NCBI GenBank assembly: GCA_040437565.1
Contig: JBDOQK010000004.1
Coordinates: 124,001 to 188,000, forward strand
Reading direction: 5' to 3'
Origin: Albugo candida
Taxonomy: Eukaryota
DNA: 64,000 bases
A model generated the notes under the pieces. That model ran no database searches, was not told the DNA's origin, and saw nothing but the letters and a program-made list of their open reading frames with translations. The translations under genes were made by a program, and so were the position numbers. Of the stretch, positions 60,602-64,000 are shown piece by piece. Position 1 is the first letter of the stretch, and each line of letters opens with the position of its first letter.

Positions 60602-62385
60602 CGTTGCATATCGCCAACATATTCAAGCTGCCGCTATTTCTGGATCTCACGGTACACCTTGCCACCATATCTAAGATAGCTCTTCCACAGCATGAGTTGC
60701 ACTTATCAATGAGTGCATCTCGTTTGTGCGTCCTTTGCATCAATTTACTCACTGTAAAAGATGTCGAAGCAGCGCCTCGGCCAGCCAACACATACCGGTA
60801 GGTACCGGTTAAAGTAGTCATCAAGTGATGACTGCTTGAAGTTGCCAGCTTCAAAAGCGGTTTCAAGATGGGCATCGACATGGCAGTCGCTGATTGGACA
60901 AGGTAACTCAGGATTAAGTAGAGAATTTAGTAACAGAAGGCTTAGAGTAGCAACAGAGTTGGCGAACCAAGGACCTTAATGGACGAATTTCAAGCGACGT
61001 TTTTCTTTGAGAGACACTAAGAATGAGCCATTCTCATTGATGAGTGCAACCATCTGCCGATTCCGCTTTCGAACGCTCGGAAAGAGCTGCCTTTTTAATG
61101 TCTCCAATCAGCATCCAGAATGATGCTAAGAGACTTGCACGGTGAGGTCGATATGTGTCGGTATTCTGTCTTTGCTTTGCCTCAAACGAAGAACTAACTA
61201 TTTTTTGTACATGCAGCGAAAATGCATAACTACGACGACCAACATGCGCCCCAGAAACGGGCCAACTCAAAACGAAACAGCGCCGACATCGAAGCATGTC
61301 GGCGGCGGGTATGCGCTGAGAGCCCCAACAGAGACGTCAGCGTTACAAAATCGACAGCGCTCGACCCAAGCACGCACCGCCCAACCACGCACCACCCAAC
61401 CACGCGCCATCCAACCACGCTCGACCCAATCACGCGCCATCCAGCAGCGCGTCATTCCAACGACGACAAGAACGTGACCCGCGCCGCTGGTGGCAACGCA
61501 TCACGAACGACACCATCCGAAGCAACAGCCTCAAATGTGCTAGCATCTCCGGCAATGACTCATACGAATGGCTCGGTTACGCGCGTGGACGCAGCAGCGG
61601 CTTCCGGAGCGCGAGCAAGAATGCCTTCCACATCAACAGCGAATCGCAACTCCGTCGCGCATGCCCCACCAACATCAGTGAACCGACCGCGCCTTAGTGA
61701 CTTTGAGCAGCTGAATAGTGAAAACGAGCAGCTGAAGAGAAAAAATGAGCAGCTATTGCGCTCATTGAACGAGAAATCAGCCCAGGTGGAAGACGCAAAT
61801 ATAGAGTTCAGTGGAATCAACTCAAAAGTCAAAGATCTTGAAACCCGGCTGGAGAACGATCGTAATAGCGCGGCGGAAAAGGCAGTGGAGATGCAACTTG
61901 CGTGTGAAAAGCGCGCAACGGAAGCTAGAGAACTCGAAACTATCAGTTCGGAATTGCTGTTCTCTCTGGAAGCAAAAGCAGCCCACGTGCAAGATGCACA
62001 CGACTACATACATCAGCTCGAATGTGCTCTTGAATGCTTGGAAAACCGACCGAACAGTGTTAGCGGTACGATGGAGTGTCCATTTGCGGCACCCGAAGAA
62101 AGTCAAACGGAACTCATTCAACCGGAGGAACTTATCGAAGACTTGTTACAAGAGTTGGGAAGCAAGACGACGGAGCTTTACCAAGCGCAAGAGCAAATAT
62201 GCAAACTTGAAGCGGAAGCTCAAGTCTTACGAAAAATGCGGCCGGGGAACGAAGATGGCAACATGGCGTATCTCTCAAGTGTGGAATTGAAGCATTTCAG
62301 CGGCGTGCAGGTTCAAGCCGCTATTCTAAAGTGGGAGTTGAAGATTCGCACAACGGTTGCAAAAAACCTACCAGTTGGAAACTGA
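60602..62385 (+). mobile_element. Possible Gypsy-like LTR, PBS and gag-like coiled-coil ORF (61222-62385)
   Basis: 60602 CGTTGC ... GCAACA 60955 resembles TG..CA termini with one mismatch, followed by TGGCGAACC (PBS-like) and a low-complexity/coiled-coil 387-aa ORF. No pol or second LTR seen. Confidence 0.35.
61362..61450 (+). repeat. Degenerate 15-bp coding tandem repeat (CCAACCACGCGCCAT-like; TTRHP)
   Basis: About 5-6 imperfect units giving PSTHRPTTHHPTTRHPTTLDPITRHP. Confidence 0.7.
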
Positions 62386-62476
62386 TTCGGACAAAGCAAA
62401 TTCATCGATTGGCCCCATTACGCCATTGTAGATGATGCAGACAACGCGTGCCATTGGAACCCGATCACTGGCATCG

Positions 62477-62628
62477 ATGACCTCATTACGTCATCTGGGT
62501 GTGAAAGTTCTGGCAATGACCTCATCACGTCATTGCATGTGCATGTGCTGGAATGACATCTCCGATGACCTCATTTCGTCATTGGAGGTGCAAGTGCTGG
62601 AAGGTTATGGATGACCTCATTACGTCAT
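62477..62628. repeat. Four copies of an 18-bp quasi-palindrome ATGACCTCATTACGTCAT with 21-31-bp spacers
   Basis: Copies at 62477, 62516, 62565 and 62611, each with at most 1 mismatch. Confidence 0.85.
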
Positions 62629-62949
62629 CATCTATCTAGCTCTTCAATTGCACCTGTGAGTATTTAAATGTAATTAATATAAGTCTTGTTGTCGTATTTG
62701 TAGTTGCTTCTACTGTATTCCCTTTGCACAAAACTTGTGTAGNNNNNNNNNNNNNNNNNNNNNNNNNNNNNNNNNNNNNNNNNNNNNNNNNNNNNNNNNN
62801 NNNNNNNNNNNNNNNNNNNNNNNNNNNNNNNNNNNNNNNNNNGACATCATCGTACATGGACGAACGCATTCCATCAACACCCGATATAAGTGAATCTCCT
62901 TGACCAGTTTATTGAGGCTATGTGATGGTATTTCTCAATTCTGACTATC

Positions 62950-63293
62950 AGCTTCCGCATACAAATTCACGAATTCTCACGATGATACATTCACGAGCTG
63001 CGGAAGTGCACCGACACGATGTGATATTTTTTTGATATTTTTGGTGGTATTTCTGGCTCTTTGAGACCTGGAAAATCGGTGAATCCTTCCGCATTGCCAT
63101 TCACAGCTACCAAATCATCAAAAACAGGACGAAAGACGGAAGAGATGTTGGAACTCTCTGTACATCGGATACAAATGCGCTTGGATGTGTTTAATGCTAG
63201 CAAATCACAACCACTTGCTTTAAATATGGTGGCAGCAATAGAAGATTTGGAGATTCTGGATTACATCTCGACCTCACAAATACGCAAGATGGT
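62950..63293 (+). pseudogene. ATG2 (autophagy lipid-transfer protein)-like fragment on a short contig between two gaps
   Basis: MLELSVHRIQMRLDVF...IEDLEILDYISTSQIRKM resembles the conserved ATG2 DLEIxD..SS.I.K region. Gene integrity cannot be judged. Confidence 0.5.
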
Positions 63294-64000
63294 NNNNNNN
63301 NNNNNNNNNNNNNNNNNNNNNNNNNNNNNNNNNNNNNNNNNNNNNNNNNNNNNNNNNNNNNNNNNNNNNNNNNNNNNNNNNNNNNNNNNNNNNCATACCT
63401 CGATATTCCAGTCAAAGTACCAAGAAAAAGTAGCGATGAGTCCGATAGCTTCGAGTGCGATCCAAGACATGAACGTATTGCTGAGGAAGTAGCGGTTCTG
63501 AAAAGAGCTTGGAAGGTTATCAGCAGTGTCTGAGCGATGAGCGCAGTATCTCAGACAATAAATTCGACACTGCAGGAATGAGAAGCTTGGACTGTCTGAT
63601 CATTCAAGTAGCAATTCCAGCGCAATATGCTTCACACAATGCAACTCACCGAAAATCACATCAAATATGAGCGAATTTCAAACATTGCGCCGTAAAGCAT
63701 ACTTTTTATTGCATCAGGTGCAAGAATCTTTTTCATCCAGCAATGATACTCGAAGCATTGATCACTCAACTTGGGATAAAATTGGCAATGATGTCGATAT
63801 CAATCAGTCACCCTCAGCGTGCGATCGAGGAATTGGAAGGAGCTCTAGGATTTGATTCATTGGGTAACCAGGAGAGCATGCAAAGTCAAGACGGCTGCGA
63901 CTTTGACATTTTTGGATTCCGACGATGAACAAATCTCTGACGACCGTAATAGTCTCTTGGAACGAGCACGGAGAATACTTCGGCAACAAGACACTCAAGA

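Noticed and set aside
62477..62628. CRISPR-like repeat/spacer appearance
   Set aside because: Repeats are only 18 bp, spacers resemble each other, there are no cas genes, and the context is eukaryotic.
63394..64000. Short ORFs at the window end
   Set aside because: Stop-riddled, with no recognisable family.

Overview
Eukaryotic draft-genome scaffold. It has short GT-AG introns, compact gene-dense blocks and thirteen fixed 100-N gaps, many flanked by duplicated overlaps. Gene content and transposon types point to an oomycete, possibly an Albugo-like obligate biotroph; this is inference, not a database match. 1-18 kb is gene-dense: a CHAT-like/STAND ATPase 3' end, mS38/COX24-like, EFCAB11-like, p24, a tepsin-like PDZ/BAG-like protein, TFIIF-alpha, PARN-like, an RRM-less CstF64-like gene, SF3B2, ARMT1/DUF89 and an LRAT-domain protein. 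18.5-38 kb is gene-poor. It holds a degenerate Copia element (20649-33336, TSD CATTT) carrying three insertions: a second Copia (TSD GAAAG), a Tc1/mariner, and a 49-bp-TIR element enclosing a third Copia pol fragment. A SWEET transporter follows. 38-57.6 kb is gene-dense again: a Pro-rich multi-pass membrane protein, a GPI-like surface protein, an LRR protein, myotubularin, DAG lipase, RPA12, a HECT E3 and a GBP-PH GTPase. 57.7-64 kb has LINE and LTR-like remnants, a palindromic repeat array and an ATG2-like fragment. No rRNA, tRNA or CRISPR array could be supported. Exon boundaries and mismatch counts were read by eye and are approximate.
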